Shown here: in pieces, positions 14,170 to 29,492 of the stretch
Layout: every line of letters begins with the position of its first letter
How positions within the stretch are numbered: the first letter of the stretch is position 1
NCBI GenBank assembly: GCA_013265495.1
Contig: MU058540.1
Coordinates: 2,505,696 to 2,569,695, forward strand
From: Vicugna vicugna
Lineage: Eukaryota
Direction: 5' to 3'
DNA length: 64,000 nucleotides
Made by a program: the position numbers and the translations under genes
The notes under the pieces: model-generated
What the model was told of the DNA's origin: nothing
Databases searched by the model: none
The model's input: only the letters and a program-made list of their open reading frames with translations

Positions 14170-15230
14170 TTGTATCAGTCAGGAGGTTTTTAGCAGCAAA
14201 TATCAAATGCACAGTGTCTTCAACAATAAAGGCATTCAATTATCTGATATGACAGGAAGTGTACAAATGGTTTGGGGTTTGGTGCAGTCACTCAACAATC
14301 TCCTCAAGGACCCAGTCTCTTTCTTTCTCTTCTGCTATCCTCAGAGAAGCCTCCAAATCAGCCCTTAATAATCCCCGCCTTCTGGTCACACAGACCAACC
14401 CTGGTAAATGTGGGAGGGGTGTGAACATGGCAGAAGGGATGTTATCGTTTCTGAGAGTGTTATAAAAAGACTATGGCTTCCATCTGAGGTTCACACTGTT
14501 TATCTCTCTTACTGTCTCTCACTCCCTTGCATCTCTCACTCTGGGAAAAGCAAGCTAGCAGCTTGTGAGCAGCCCAGTGGGGAGGCCCATGTGTTGAGGC
14601 ACTGAAGCTTTCTATCGATAGCCAGCTGAGTACTGATGCCTACTAACAACCATGAGAGCGTGTTTGGAAGTGGATTCTTCCACCCCAGTGACCCTTGAGA
14701 TGATTGCAACCCTAGCTATCAGCTTGACTGCAACCTCATGAGAAACCTGAGCCTGAACTGCCCCCACCACCCCCACAGCTAATCCATTTCTGGGTTCCTA
14801 ATCCTCAGAAATTGTGTAACATCATAAAGATTTGTTATTTGAAGGAATTAAGTTTTGAGGTAATTTTTCACACAGCCATAGGTAACACACTCAGTGTGTC
14901 TGCCATGTTTCCGCATTGGGTACAAGATGGCTGCCATAGCTCCGTCCTCCATGTTCTCCTAGGACAACATCTCCAGCAGGAAGAAAGGGGGATGGGGCAA
15001 AAGGCGCTCTCCTTATGTACCTTCTCTTTTTATCAAGGAGGTAAATCTTTGTTGGGAGTCACCCAGCAGATTCCCTCTTATTTCTCATGGCCAGAACTGG
15101 ATCTCATGATGGCTTCTAGCTGCTGGGGAGGCTGGGAAACCAAGTATCTTGCTTTTCAGTTGCTTTTATAGGGAAGTGGGCAAGGAACAAGTGGGCTGGG
15201 AATGGCTGCTGTGTAGTAACAATGGCATCT
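14170..15230. mobile_element. Nested MaLR LTRs (MLT1-like copy at about 14410-14890 inside an older MLT1)
   Basis: tgtatcagtcagg start; inner element has gcagcccagtggggaggcccatgtg...aattgtgtaacatcataaagatttgttatt...ataggtaacac. Confidence 0.55.
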
Positions 15231-18200
15231 CCCAGCTCTTCCCCCAGTTTCAGTTTGTCTGGTTGTTCTCAGCTGGCATCATTTAACTTGTTACTTCATA
15301 CTCCATGTTCACTGTAACTGGAAGTTAGGCCTCCATTAGATTCAGGTTAAATGTTCTTGACACGATTACTCACGGTCAATGCCATGACCTTCATACTCTC
15401 TCACATGAAGGAACAACCAGGTTCTTCCCTAAATAAACATTTTACAAGATTTAAGTAGAGGGTGCTGCACTGTTGATGAAAAGCTAACCTGGAACCCCAT
15501 GCCGTCTTTCTTCCAGAGCTGTGTCATGGGTGGTTTCACATATCTTATATTTATGGAAAATCTAGATTCTTCTATATATTTCTTTTGGGTTGTCTTGTTG
15601 GAATTATGTGTGATAAGCAGTCTCAGTTTCTTGCATGTGATTTCCCCAGGGGCCGATGAGTCATGTGCACAGTATTAACTTGGTGTAAAACACCTGAGAG
15701 AAGTATGAGTGGACTTTAAAAGTCAAACACAAAAATGTTGGGATGTGATCTTTTCTTGCTGGTGTCCACATGTAGTTCATAGGACTTTGAGTATAATGTC
15801 AGGAACAAAGGGAAATGAGAAGAACCGTCTCAGTCATTTAACACAGAGGCGCAGGATGGGTGAGCCGCGGCCCACCAGCCTCGTCAGACGCGCAGAGCAC
15901 TCTGCCAGGATCAGCACCTGGAACACAGTAACAGTTCCGATGGAGCCTTTTCATGCCCAGTCCTGAATTTCCAGTTTGCTTGTTTGCGCAGAGGCTGTGC
16001 TGTTCCTGCTCTGGTCTCCACTGTCCCCATGGAACTAAAGACTATCTTAATTCCATGAGGACCGTTGCCTAATCCAACAGCCAGGCCTGAGGAGCGTGGC
16101 GCCAGGGGCTGAGTCAGGACAAGGGGCCGTCTTTGAAAGGGTGGTGGGCGGTGGGCCCTCAGCCTCCCCCAGCCCCCACAGTTCATGTAGAACAGGTGGC
16201 CTTGCTTCCTGTTTCACTGGGAAAAGCAAGATGACCAAGAAGGAGAATGCTAGTCCAGGGTTGTCTTCCTTCAACGTGACCCTGTGCCCACCTCCTGCTG
16301 CTTACCCTTCTCTGCTTCTCAATGGCAGGGGTCTCTGCCTGCCTCTCTGGAGCCTCCCCTGCCCTTCCTCCAAGGCTCCAATGTCCTGCTGTCATCCCAG
16401 ACATGTCTTAGAGTAACCTCATCCTCCACCCAGTTTTCCTAGTTCTGTCCCAGTTTTCCCAAGACTGCCAAGGCAGCCCCACCCCTCCCAACACCCAGAC
16501 TAAAAGTGAGGTATCAGCTATGACTCGTCCTGCCCATCCAACCAGTTCCTCGGTCCTGAGAGTCTCTGAGGCAATGGTTTCATTAACTTATCTTTCTTCA
16601 GCCTCCACCCTGCCCTGGCCACCAACATCCCTAGGAGGATGCAATGCTATCCTCCTTCCTCATCGTCCAGCCTGTCTCATTGCCCTTCCAAGATCCTGCA
16701 TGTTGCAGATGGATCACACCTTCCTCTGCTGATCCCACCTTTTGGTTTTTTTTGACCCCACCTTTCTATTCCACCTTATCTCCCAGGTCCACCTGTTCCA
16801 GAAGCGTAGGCCCTTACTACCCTTTGATAATAATAGACATACCAAGTGTCAGACATAATTACAGCCATGTCTGAAATTTTATAGTTACCGTCCAGCATAA
16901 GCATCATTGTCCCTTTTATAGCTGAGGAAAACTGAGGCCCAGAGAGGTTACACATGTCACACTGCCTATAAATAGCAGAGCTGGGATTCAACTTGTGTTT
17001 GCCTGATCCAAAGCCCTTCATCCTGTGTAACTGCCCACCATCATGCCCATTCCCTCTCTGTAAAGAGCTCATGCTGTTCCCTGCCAATACCCTTCCTCTT
17101 CCTTGCAGCTTCTTCAAACCCCTCAACCCACGGCTCTTTCACATAGCTTCTCTGATGGTTCCAGCCCACGCTGCTCACCCTCACCTCTTAACTATTCTGG
17201 TGTGAAGCTCAGTCCTGCACAATTTGGTACTAGATTATAGACTGCCTTAGTATGGTTCTCTGGCTATTTCCCAAGAAGCGTAGGTATCTGAGTTAGGGGA
17301 TGGTGTTTCCATTCCCTCCCTTTTCCCAGGGCCCTCAGTACAGAGCTGGACAGGCCAACTGGATTTCCCAGGAAGGAGGCAGTGTCTCCATGTTCCAGAA
17401 GCTGATTGGACCCCACCCAGCCACACCCTACTCTTTACCCTAGCTGGTTGGTTGCCTCAGAGCTCTGCGTGCATACGTGCATGCACACATTTTCTCTGTC
17501 ACAGACACATTTAGTCAAAAGTTCCCTTCCCAAACAGAGACGGTTATATACTTGGAACTACCTACCCAAGACAGAAAAACCCCTGCTGACCGAACACTGG
17601 GTGCTGCCCCTAATGTGAAATTCCAATACAGATCGGTGAAGCCAACAGAGTTCGGGGGAGCTTCCCGGGGCGGGTTGAGCATGGCTGTCACATCTTAACA
17701 GAGTATGGAGCTACACTGGGCATTGGACAGGGGGCTCAGTATCTCGATTCCAATTCTGATCCTGACTCTGATCCGTGGTGGGGGAGATGGAGAAGGGAGA
17801 GACATGGTCTTGTCACTTTGTTGCTTTGTGACATCCTCAGGCAGTGAAATTTGAGGACTGTGAGGAAGACCCTCTATGCCAGGGCCACATCGCACCACAC
17901 CAGAGGGGCATGACCAGTGCCTCCTGGAGCTAACCCTGGTCGCTCCCCACCCACTGCCACCTTGCTTACCCTTTGAGCTCCAAATCTTCTCTGTCTTGAC
18001 CCAGATGCCCCCATACTTGGTGTCCCAAGCTGTTCATCCTTGGGATTAAATATTGTCATCTCAGATTTCTCCTTTTAAAGTGAGAAGAACATCACACAGT
18101 ATGAAGCCCCAAACACTTAGAATGATAGAGATTTCAGACTGATTTCTTCTGGGACACTTAGGAGACAGTATAAAAATTTGTGGCTTGGAGAGAAGGTACT

Positions 18201-18935
18201 AAGAGTTAGGCAGGGAGAAAGGGTGAGAGATGGAGAGGCGGTGGTGGGTGGGGCCCCTGAAGCCAAACCTCTCTTCCTTTACAATTTTGGTGGTGGCTGG
18301 TCCTAACATGTGAATAAACAAACAAGTGAATAAGCAAAGGGCCACTTATGTAAAAAAAACAAATTAAAAATGATTGTGTAACACATCATGCATACCACAC
18401 AGAGCCTGTAGGAGCCCAGGGAGGGGTGTCATTGTGGGGGTCATGGGTGGTGTGAGCATGTTTTCCTCAAAAACCAGAGCCAATTTGGCAGCCCTGCCCC
18501 TGTGGGAAGAGCACAGCATCTTCCTGGAGGGAGGCCAGCATTTAATTCTTTATTGCTGCAGTGTGTCAGGGAGGGAGGCACCTCCGATAACCATCAGTGG
18601 AGGTTTTGCAACCTGATGAGTGAATTCTTGGGGCTGAGGGCTGAGGCCTCCTCCTTGGGCTTGACCCTGCGTGGTGGCAGCCAGCATTCCTGGGGGTACC
18701 AAGCATGGGCAGACAGGGGCGACTGCAGGGTCAAGATGCTGCTCACGTGTCTGGGGCTCTTCTACACTGCGTCCTGGGCCTGAGGCCTTTACCAGACTCT
18801 GGGGCTGCCTCCTGACAGAGCTCAACAGGTCCAGGCAGCTGCTGCCTGCGCCACCTGTGGGTGTCCCAGCCACCTGGGGAGAGGCAGCCCATTCCAGGCT
18901 CCCAGCTGGCAGGGAAGCTTGGCAGCAAGTTCTGA

Positions 18936-19346
<411 letters not shown>

Positions 19347-21589
19347 TGAGGTTGGGATCTGCCCAGTTTCAGTCTCTGACCCACTGGGTGAGCTTGGAAC
19401 TGCCTGTCCCTCTCCCTCAACACTCTTACTCGTGATGCCCTGTCTCCCAGGGCCTGGGAGAGGGAAAGGTAGCATCTCTCTGACATCCTGGGCTTTGAAG
19501 TTACTCCATGTCACAGTCATACATTGAGGTGAAGAGCTTCTCTGGCCTGGCCTCCTTTAAAATGCAATATCCTTGGGAAGGAGAGCTTCACATCTTCATC
19601 ATCTTGGTGGGGATGGATTCGTCAGACCAGCTTCCAGGTGGCTGGAGGTGAAAGCCCTGGAGCTGGGTGGTGGACGGGGGAGGGAAGCTGGGAAGAAACG
19701 CGGGAGATGTCACTTCACCTCCTGCCTGCTAGTCTAGGGGCCCCAGCGAGAAGGATGGGGCCACACACCCAGAGGCAGAAGTGCCATCTGTGCCAGGGTA
19801 GCAGACACGTTCTGAGCCCCACAGAGCAGGCCTAGACCTGGTCCGAGAGCAGCCCGACATCCACAGGGGCTGCCTCAGGGTCGGGGCTTGGGGGCATTTA
19901 TTCATTTACTGCACTACCACTCTGTGCCAGCCTCTGTTCCAGGCACCGGGGACGGAGTTCCTGCCCTGCTGGAGGAGGAATTCTAGAGAGAAGAGACACG
20001 TAATAAATATTCAAACAGGTAGTCTTACAATGTCACATCAGGAAATGGTTAGATCTTGATGGGTAAAATTAAAGCAGGAAAGGGTCAGAGAATAAAGTGG
20101 GGACTATTTTAGTAAAGGTGGTCAGGGAGGCCCTTTTGGAGGAGGCGACTTTCAAGCAGAGGCCCAAGTAAAGTGAGAGAACCAGCCATTTGAAGATGGA
20201 AGAGGAAAGACTATTCTAAGTGGAGGACCAGCCAGGGAGCCACTGGGACTGGGGAGTGGTAGGTGAGGAGGAGGGAGGTTGGGGATAAGGCTGGAGGGGC
20301 AGGCAGGGACCAGGTCACATGGGGCCTTGTAGCCAGAGCAGCAAGCTCTGATTTCACTCTGGGAAAGTGGGGAGCACAGGCCACTGGGAGGGAGGCAATG
20401 CGCGGAGCACCCGCTCCACAGGACTGGATCCCAACTCTGCAACTTATCAATGTGAACCTGGGGCAGAATAATGCTCTGTGCCTGTTTCTGCATCTGTCCA
20501 GTGGAGATTGTACTAGTGCCTAATTCCCAGGGTTGTTAAAGGATTAACGGAGCAAGTGAATATATTGCTTATCACAGTGCCTTGCACATGGCAAGTGCTT
20601 AGTACCTATCAACTACCTCGTTTGGGTTTTTAAGGAACCCCAGCCGCTGGGCGGAGTGATGGAGGGGGCAAGGTAGAAACAAGACCAGGAGGATACTACT
20701 GTACATCTAGGTGAGGGATGAGTGTGGTGGGAGGCTGGGCAGTGAGGGTGGTGAGAATCGGTTGGATTCAGGATATACTTTGAAGGTAGGGCCAGTGAGA
20801 CTTGCTGAAGGGCCAGCTGCAGTGTGTGAGGCAGGGTGTGAGCAGGGCCCCTTTCTGCCTGAGGATCTGAGCTGGGTGAGAAGTCTTTCTCTTTGTTTTA
20901 AAGAATAATTGTAATGCCCATTCACTGAGTACCTCTTAATATGCAAGATATTTTTTCTTTCTGCTAATTCACAAGTAATACATTTTTTCTCACTATGCAG
21001 AATTATAACAGTGTAAAAGTATTTGAGTTTTTAAAAAAGCCTCCACTCATCTCCTCCTTGTCCCCAATCCCACTTTCCTTCCTGTAGCCAGTGGAAGGGC
21101 TCTGCTTGGATCCTTCTAGATCTCTTTTATGCCTAAAATCCTCTATGAAATGTAGCAGTTAATGCTTCAGTCACGCAATGGACCCTAGGACAGACCTTCA
21201 GAAAGGGGCTGTTCCATTACTCCTACCCTCCTCATGTCTTTATTTCAACTTCGTAAAATACACCGTCTGAGAGGGTCAATGGTGTCTTCATCCTCAGGCA
21301 CCCAGGGACTATTCAGAATTAATTTACTTCAATCCATTCAATAAATACTGCCAAAACCTGACTTGGCCAGGCTGTGATGGGCATGTGGACAGCAGGGGAG
21401 AGGAACTCAGACCCATGAGAAGGACAGCTGACGGTGGTGTAGCCAAGGGCTGTCCGTGTGGGGGACCAAGTACGTGTGACTGGGAGGGAAAGGAGAGACG
21501 TGTGTGGGACTTGCTCTTTTCACAGCATGTTTATGAGATTGATCCATGTCACACTAGTTACTTCATTTATTTTAACTGTCATGCAATTT

Positions 21590-21815
21590 ACAATTAACTA
21601 GCACTTCCTTTATATCAGCCTCTGTTATAAGTTTTTGGTGTATTAGCTCATTCAGTCCTTACAACAACCCTCTGAGGTGAAAACTATTATTATCTTCATT
21701 TTGCAGAGGAGGAAACTGAGTCACAGAGAGCTTAAAAACTTGCCTAAGGTCATACAAACAGTACTTGGTAAAATTGGTGTTTGAGCCTGGTCTGGCCTTT
21801 AAACCACTCTGCTTC
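21590..21815 (-). mobile_element. MIR SINE (one of many; others near 3510, 10440, 16860, 29650, 34790, 37760, 42530, 52920 and 61300)
   Basis: MIR core attttgcagaggaggaaactgagtcacagagag...acttgcctaaggtcata. Confidence 0.75.
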
Positions 21816-22059
21816 TTGACCAAGCAGTGTCAGGGGGTGTGGATCCTGGTTGTACAGATCAGGGGAGCCTCTCTGAGCAGGTGGGATTTGCACACAGACC
21901 TGAAGAAGGTGAGTGAGTGAGCCACAAGACTATCTGGGGAAGAGCATTCAACAAAGAGGGACACGTGACTTGTATAACATCCTGCTGTCAGTTAGAAGCA
22001 GAACAAGAACCAGGACTTGGTCTCCTGACTTTCTTCAACCCTCTACGTCTTTTACCTAC

Positions 22060-23440
22060 CTCTTCCAGTGTTTATTCCATTAAGACTGTATCATAGTTCA
22101 CTTAGCCATTCTGTTGATGGACACGGCCAGGTGTTGCTGTCATACACAACACCTCAATGATCATCCTTGTTTGTATCTCCCCGGCCCACCCGGACCGTTT
22201 CCCTAGGGTACACGTCACATTAACTTTACCAGACTTATTTAAATTAGTCTCCAAAGCGATTGCACTGATTTAACCACTAGCAGCGTATACAAGTTCTAAT
22301 CTCCCCACAATGTCATCAACCCTTGGTACTATCAGGCTGCAGAGTTTTAAGTCAATCTGATGAATGTGGAATTATGTCTCATTTTATTTTACTTATTTAA
22401 TCCGCACATCTTGATAACTAGTGATGTTAATTAAGCATCTCTATGTATTTATCCACCACATGTTTTTCTTCTTCTGTAGCTTACCTGCTCATGGACATTT
22501 CCTGTTTTTTCTACCATTATCTTTTTCTCTTCAACATGCACATGTTCTTTATATAGTCTGTATGTCATTTGTCAGTTATAGACATTGCAGCTATCTTATC
22601 CTATTCCATGGCTTGTCTTTGATGATGTCTCTTGTCATTCAGAAGATTTCACTTTTAATGCAAAGGTATCAATCTTTTCCTCTTACAATTTGTTTCTTTT
22701 AAATATCGTTACTTTGTTACAATGACACCTATGTTTTCCTTCAAAAGTTTTAAAGTTTTGCTCTTTCATATTTAGATTAATCTATCTGGAATTTATTTTG
22801 TGACTAGTATGTGGTAGAAACTGAAATTTATAATTGTGAGAACCAATTACCCACACCATTTTTAGGCAGCCCTTTTCACGCTTGTTTGAAATGCCACCTC
22901 TGACTTATTCAAGTTCCTGGGTTCCCAAAAATCTGTTCCTGGAGTCTCTCTTCTCTTCCATTGGTGAATTTGTCTATTTCTGCACCAGATCACACTGTTT
23001 TCATCACTATAGGCTTATTAATAAGGCTACTTACATCATACTTGGCAGTCCCTCCCCTCCTCTTTCAATTCCTTCTCCAAATATTGACTTGATCTCCTTT
23101 TTCCCCAAGTGAAAGCAGCTCTGTTGAGATTTTAATTGAAATTATATCTTCCCATTTATAAAGTAGTCTGTCTCTCTGTTTCTTCTGGGCTTTCTTGTCC
23201 TTCAGTCTTTTATTAGATTTATTAGTTTTTGTTGCTACAGGGAACGAGATCTTTTATCTATGACATTTTCTAACCTAATTGATTATTGCTGATAGATAAA
23301 GGAATGTTGATGGTTTTTGCTTATTGATTTTGTTTTGAGCAACCTTGTGAACATTCTTAATAGTTCTAAAAATTTCTTGGTAGAATACCTCATACTTTAT
23401 ATGTAAACAATCACATTATCTGCATATAACCGGAGGCTTG
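22060..23440 (-). mobile_element. L1M fragment
   Basis: Antisense L1 ORF2-like T-rich sequence (tccaaagcgattgcactgatt, gatgttaattaagcatct). Confidence 0.6.
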
Positions 23441-24737
23441 TCTTTTTTTTTTTTTTTTTTTTTTTAATTCTTCAACATGTGGTCCCCAGGCCTCTTTCCC
23501 ACAGGCCATGCTCCCTCCTCTTGTTCCCAGCCTGGGCTTTTGTGTCCTGAGATTGTGTTTTGTTCTGTGGAAGCTGAGGCAGCAGCAGGTCTACCTTCTG
23601 GCAATGTGTGTCTAGTTCTTGTGATAGGGCCATTTTGAGGGTACGTGAAAACGTTTGTAAAAACACTTAACACAGTGCCTGGTTTTCATTAGGAAAATGA
23701 AATTCATTTATTTGTTCATTCATTTATTCACCTGGGGAGAGGTGGTCTCCCTGACAAACAGTAAAGGGGATTCAGGATTTCCAGTCTGGGACTGGGAACT
23801 TGTCTCAAAGCTGTATTTGCGTAATTTTGAAAAATAAAATTTTTTTCTTATCATAGTATGGGGTTTTGGTGGACTTAAAACCCCATCCCCACTTAAGCTA
23901 CTACTTGGCACCTTCCCTTTATAAAAGCTTCATGGCAAGCCAGTCATTCATTCATTCATTCATTCGTGCAGTAAGTGTTTATGGAGCATATACTGGGCCC
24001 TGCAGAGGATACAGAGATATGAGACTCCACCCTTGCCCTCAAGGAGCTTACAGTCTACTCAAACTAAAAATTAGGCGCCAAATAGTTATAATACAAAAAA
24101 GTTCCAACTGAATGTAAGAAAATTAAAAGGCAGAGAATGCAGAGGGAGGGACCAAACAGCTCCCTGCATGTAAGGCCTCATGGAAGTGGCATTTGAGCTA
24201 GCGCTTAAAAGTTGGGTAGAAGTTTGACAGCTAGAGACAGGTTGGGCAGGAGGTTGGGCAGGAGCTTGGGCTTCTAGCTAGGATGCTGGATGACAACACA
24301 ATGAAGTCACATGGTGGGGAAGAAATGTGATGCTTCCTGGGAGTGGTGAAGAGTGCAATTTGCCTGGTGTCAGGTTGATGTGAGTTTCTGAGAGGCAGCT
24401 TTTGGCGCCACAAGAGTTGTCTGAGATGGGAAAGGGCTGTTTCAGAAGAGGGACAGCCCCTGCCTGCCCTCAGAGAGGCTGACGCAGAGACTGGAAGGCA
24501 CCTGCCTGGTTGCTACTCCGGCAGGTCCCCTTCATTCAGCACCGTGACTGACAGGACCTGTCAGTCTGAGGTCTCCAGTCTCCCGGACTGAAACCTACAG
24601 TGAGAAGTATTTTTTGCATTGTGACCTAGTGTGAACATAAATCTAAAAGAGGTTTCATGATAGAATATTTGGCGTACTCTATGCTATAATTTTGTTTATA
24701 CTTTCTACTAGTCATTAAAAACTTCTTCATTTAATCA

Positions 24738-24910
24738 ATTGTTCTCAATCTTGCCTGCACGTTCAAATCACCTGGGGAGCTTTTAAAACATCCACTGCCC
24801 AGGCTTCTCCCCAAAACGAATTAAACCAGGATTTCTGGGGGTAGAACTCAGCACCAGTGTTTATTCAACTCCCAGGTGATTCCAATGTGCAGCCACGTTG
24901 AGCCCCAGTG
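24738..24910. mobile_element. MER5A-like element (similar copies near 8440, 41030 and 48990)
   Basis: ttctcaatcttgcctgcacgttcaaatcacctgggg...ccaggtgattccaatgtgcagcc. Confidence 0.65.
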
Positions 24911-27900
24911 CACTTTGCAAAACTAAAATGTACTACCTCCCGAAGATTCTAGCACTGCGTGACCAGGTAGTGGAAATGGGTCCAGCATTTCATATGGGAA
25001 CTTGTGAAATGCCCGTCACAGTCTTGGAATTATGAAAATTCTGTATCTAGTTATAAGTGAGGAATGACTTTTTCCAGGATAGAGAGAAAGAGTTTTACCA
25101 CAGTGGCTTTAGGCTGAACTAGATTCTGTGATTTCTCCTGGCTAGGCCATCAATGAGGAAGACTGACCTTGGTTAAGGCGCTGGTCCATCTCTTTCCCTT
25201 AGCCCAAGCCCCCATCCAGTCTGCTTTTCTGGTTAGTCTCCCAGCACAGATCTCAGTGCTGGGCAGGTACCAGCTTCAGTGGCTGTTCCCCTGCGGGGTG
25301 AGGCAAGGAACAGGGGACTCAGCTGACTTTTAACTGAGCTCATCAGGTGACTTTGTTCTGTCCTCTAAAGTCAATTATTCCCGATACCTCTCAGGCTACC
25401 TTTTCAACACCTAACCCACCAAACACCTAAACCACTAAATAAATGTTAGGAGGGTGGGGCTGAGGATTAGGACTGAGACTGAGAGCTCTTCTCTTCAAGT
25501 TCACAGTAGTCTCAGGGTGTGTCATACCTCTGTGCCCTTGCTTGAGCCATTCCCCTCCAGGGATGCCGGCCCCCTCCTCTCTCCCTGTGTTGCATCTCCC
25601 CATCCTCCAAGGCCTACTGCAGACATATGTCACCTCCCCTGGGAGTCTTCCCTGATTCCTGTCAGGCACTAAATTCCTGGTGCTTCCACAGCCCACTCTA
25701 GGAGAGCACTTGTCTCAGAGACTGGAATCCCCCTGGGAAAGAGCACTTGCCTAGGAAGCAGGCTGTCTGAGTTCTGAGAACAAAAGTATCTACAGTCAGA
25801 TTGTGAGCTTAGCTCGCCACACACATTATTTTCATATGGTCTTTCAGAGTGGAGTTTGGTAAGCAGAGAGGCAGGGTTCAAACCAAAGCTGGTCTGACCC
25901 CAAAATCCAAATTCTATCTGCCCACCCTTCCCTCTGGCCCCAGGAATCCACTCAGCAGTGAGTGTCCTTGGACCACCCTGAGCCTCAGCTCAGCTACTGA
26001 GCAATGGGAGGGAATAATGCCTGCTAAGCCCTCCCCACTGCTGGTTTTGGAATAAGCAGTGGTTGCTGTGAAGGAGCCTTGCAAACTTGGATTGATATTG
26101 CAGTTGCATTGGTCTGGGTAGCAGAGGCTTCAACATAACACAACAGCATTGCTCCCTTGTGTGGCCTTGGCATTGCAGCCCCCCAAGACTGATGTGGTGG
26201 CTCCACAGAGTTAGGACCCAGGTCCCTTCCATTGTGTTGCTCACAGTCCAAGAGGGGTCCCCGCCATGTCCTCATTCCAGCTAGTTGGAAAGGGAAAAGG
26301 GGGTCACAGTTACTCCTTTTAAGGGCAAACCTTGAAGGTGACACACACATCATGTGGCGTTACATCCCATGGATCAGAACTTGATTACATGGCCACACCT
26401 GTCTACAAGAGAGCCTGGGAAATGTAGACTTCATTCTGGGAGGCCATGCATCCAGATAAAAATTGGAGGTTCAATTACTAAGGAAGAAGGGGAGAATGGA
26501 TATTAGGGACAACTAGTAGTCTTTGCCACAATAGCTATATTTGGAGATGTGATGAAGAACCATCAGCAGGCAGCCCTCCTGGCAGCTGGGGTGTGAGTGC
26601 CCCAGTCCTGCTAGGGGGCCTGAGCAGTACACCACAGCATCCACTGTGTCCCCTACCTAGAATGACCTTCTGTCTTTCCAGAGATAACACTTCTTCCCAA
26701 CACACCCTCCCATTTTACCTCAGTGCATCTCTTTCCATGATTTCTAGTTTGCCCATAGAATCTGTCCATCTGTTCTAGCCCTTGATAGTATCCTGTCTTA
26801 ATTGTTTCAGATAGTGTGCCTCATTTCATCAGCCAGACTGGTTGAGCAATCTGAGATCTTATTGGTCCCACGGCTCCCACCAAGAACTGCTTCATAGACT
26901 CCTGACAGTTGCTGGCCATTGGCGAGCGTGATACTGAATGTTTCTTTGTGGTTTCTATTCTGACTTTAAGATAATTTTCTGCAGTTATGGATATGACTTA
27001 TAATACTAGAATGTCCTAGAAGGAAGGTCAGCGAGTCCAAATCCTTCATTTTATGGATGATTGTATTTAGACTTTGAAAGAGGGAGTGACTGGCTAGAAG
27101 TGGACCTCACTTAGGCCAGTGATTTTCAAACCGTGTTCTGAGGAACTCCAGAGTTCTGTGGGGCTGAGGGGAGGCAGGGAAGTGGGGAGCAGGGAGAGGG
27201 CATACTGAAGGCCTGGGGCCTTCCTCAGCTTCAGCAAGTACAGCCCTGCTATTGTCCATTCTTTCTAAAATTTCACATAAAGTATTACAATGATTTTTTT
27301 TAAAGTTTGAAAGCCACTGTTTGAGTCAAATCCACTTAATGTGCAGACAGAGAAGTTGAGGAACAGATTCTGGCTGAATCACAGTGATAAAATAGACCAC
27401 TCATCCATCCATCCATTCTAGGTCCTAGGGATCCAGCAGCAAACAAAACAGCTGTCTGCCCTCATGAAACTGACATTCTCTTGGTAAAATGAAGCCATAA
27501 TAACCAAACATACAGAAAACACCAGCATGCATGCTCCAAGAAGAAAATTAAGTAGGTGAAGGGTGTGGTGAATGATCACAGGGTGAAGTTTCAGGTGGCC
27601 TGGGCAGGGGAGGCCTCTCTGAGGTGGAAGGAAGGGAGGGAGAGCCACGTGCTCTGAGAGAAGAGTGTTTCAGGCTGTGAGATCAGCAGATGCAACAGCC
27701 CTGCGCTCAGAAGTGTTTGCATTTTTAGAAAGGAAAGCAAGCTGTCTTTCTGACAGGAAATGGGCTCCAAAAGGACTTTTCAAAGCACATGAGAGGGCTG
27801 AGGAGCAGTGGGGTACCCCACCCCACAAACGTGGACACAGCAGGACCCAACACGACTCCTCCTATGGAGACAGGATGCTATAGATGTTTTGGTCTGCCTC

Positions 27901-28554
27901 CCACACCTGGTCCAGAGCTGCCCTGGGCAGCTCCTGCCACCCCTCCTGGGGCCCTGGAGCCCAGTGTGGCTGAAGTTACTGTCATTGGCAGGTGGCTTAG
28001 GTGTATGCTGGGCAGTGAGAACCTTGGCTCTAGTGACTACTTTTCTCAGCCACCCCTGTGCCTATCTTTGTCACTCAGTGAGGAAAAAGACATTCCAGGG
28101 TTATGGAGAACGTAGCTCCCAGGAAGGAGGAGTACTGGGCTGGTGTTCTAACTCTGCCACTAATCACTGTAGGTCCTTGGCCCACCAGTGACCTGCCTCA
28201 CCCTCAGTTTTCCCATCTGTAACCTGGGGGTGGGGACATATCCCTTGAACAGTATGGTGAGGGACAAAAGAATTCATGGATGTGCCTGGCACTGTGCCTG
28301 CCAAATACTCATCACAAAATAAGTTTTTGATGAATGAATGTTGAATAAATGGATGAACAAGTAAAAGAAGATTATCTTGAAATGGAAAAGCATAGGTAAC
28401 ACAGCTTTTTAAAAATTTAACCAAAGAATGTCCTAGAGAAGTTATTAAGCTTATTAAAACAGATTACTGGACTCCAACCTGGTCTGATTAATATTTTTAA
28501 TATTATTAAATATTTAATTATGAGCTCATCTGCCCAAGAACTTGGCTAATTATT

Positions 28555-28810
28555 ATTTTTTACTGAAGTGTAGTCGATTTACAAAGTTAGTTTCAGGTGT
28601 ACAGCAAAGTGATTCAGTTATACATATGTACATACGTATATACATTTTCAGTTTCTTTTACATTACAGCTCATTACAAGAAATTGAATATAGCTCACTGT
28701 GCTATACAGTAGGTCCTTGTTGTTTATCTACTTTATATATAGTAATGTGTATCTGTTAATCCCAAACTCTGAGCCTATCCCTCTCCCTGCCTTCCCCCTA
28801 CAGTTTGTTT
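28555..28810 (-). mobile_element. Artiodactyl L1 3' end
   Basis: actgaagtgtagtcgatttaca...ctgtgctatacagtaggtccttgttg; a related copy lies at 39155-39310. Confidence 0.65.
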
Positions 28811-29432
28811 TCTATAAGGACTTATTTTTCCTATGGGAATTCTGTGTGGCCTGGCAGTGGAAGGACTGTCTGAGCTAATTTGCCTTGGCCCTGGTCAGGA
28901 TTATCAGCAACTCAGGACAAATTTTCATGGTAATTACCCTGCAGGTTTTGTCAATTCAAGCTCTAAACCACAGGTAATACAGATTTGGGACTTTGTGTTT
29001 TTATGAGAAACTGGGTTTTTCAACCAGAGCCCTGGGCAGAGACAAGCCATTGGCATGTTTCGTTGGCCCAGCAGCTGTTGGCTTTTAGTAGGGTCTCAGT
29101 TCAGCTGCCCCTCACAGCCCAGAACCGCAGCCCCTGTCCCTGCCAGTTTCTGGTCTGGTAACCATATCATCAGCTTTCTTTCTCATGGCACTCGTGGGCT
29201 TTCAGTTCCTTCTTCATTTCTTCTTTCTTTCTTGTGAAGTCAACCACGTCTCATGATTTTATTTTATATCAGACTCTTCGCTGTGGTTGCTTTTCTTGTT
29301 GTGGTTGCTGATGATGATGTCCCTAAAGCTGGAGAGGTTCCTTTCTAGCTCAGCACTCTCATTACTGGAGCTGGAAGTCTCTCCAAAGTTCTTTAAGACA
29401 TGGATGAGAACCGCCAGTTTTTCCTGTTGCAG

Positions 29433-29435
29433 GTG

Positions 29436-29466
<31 letters not shown>

Positions 29467-29492
29467 TGTGTGGTGTGTGTGTGTGCGTGTGT
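29433..29492. repeat. Interrupted (TG)n microsatellite
   Basis: About 60 bp of TG repeat, directly visible. Confidence 0.95.

Noticed and set aside
23445..23640. Poly-T followed by unique sequence as a possible processed retrocopy
   Set aside because: No target-site duplication and no recognisable parent gene
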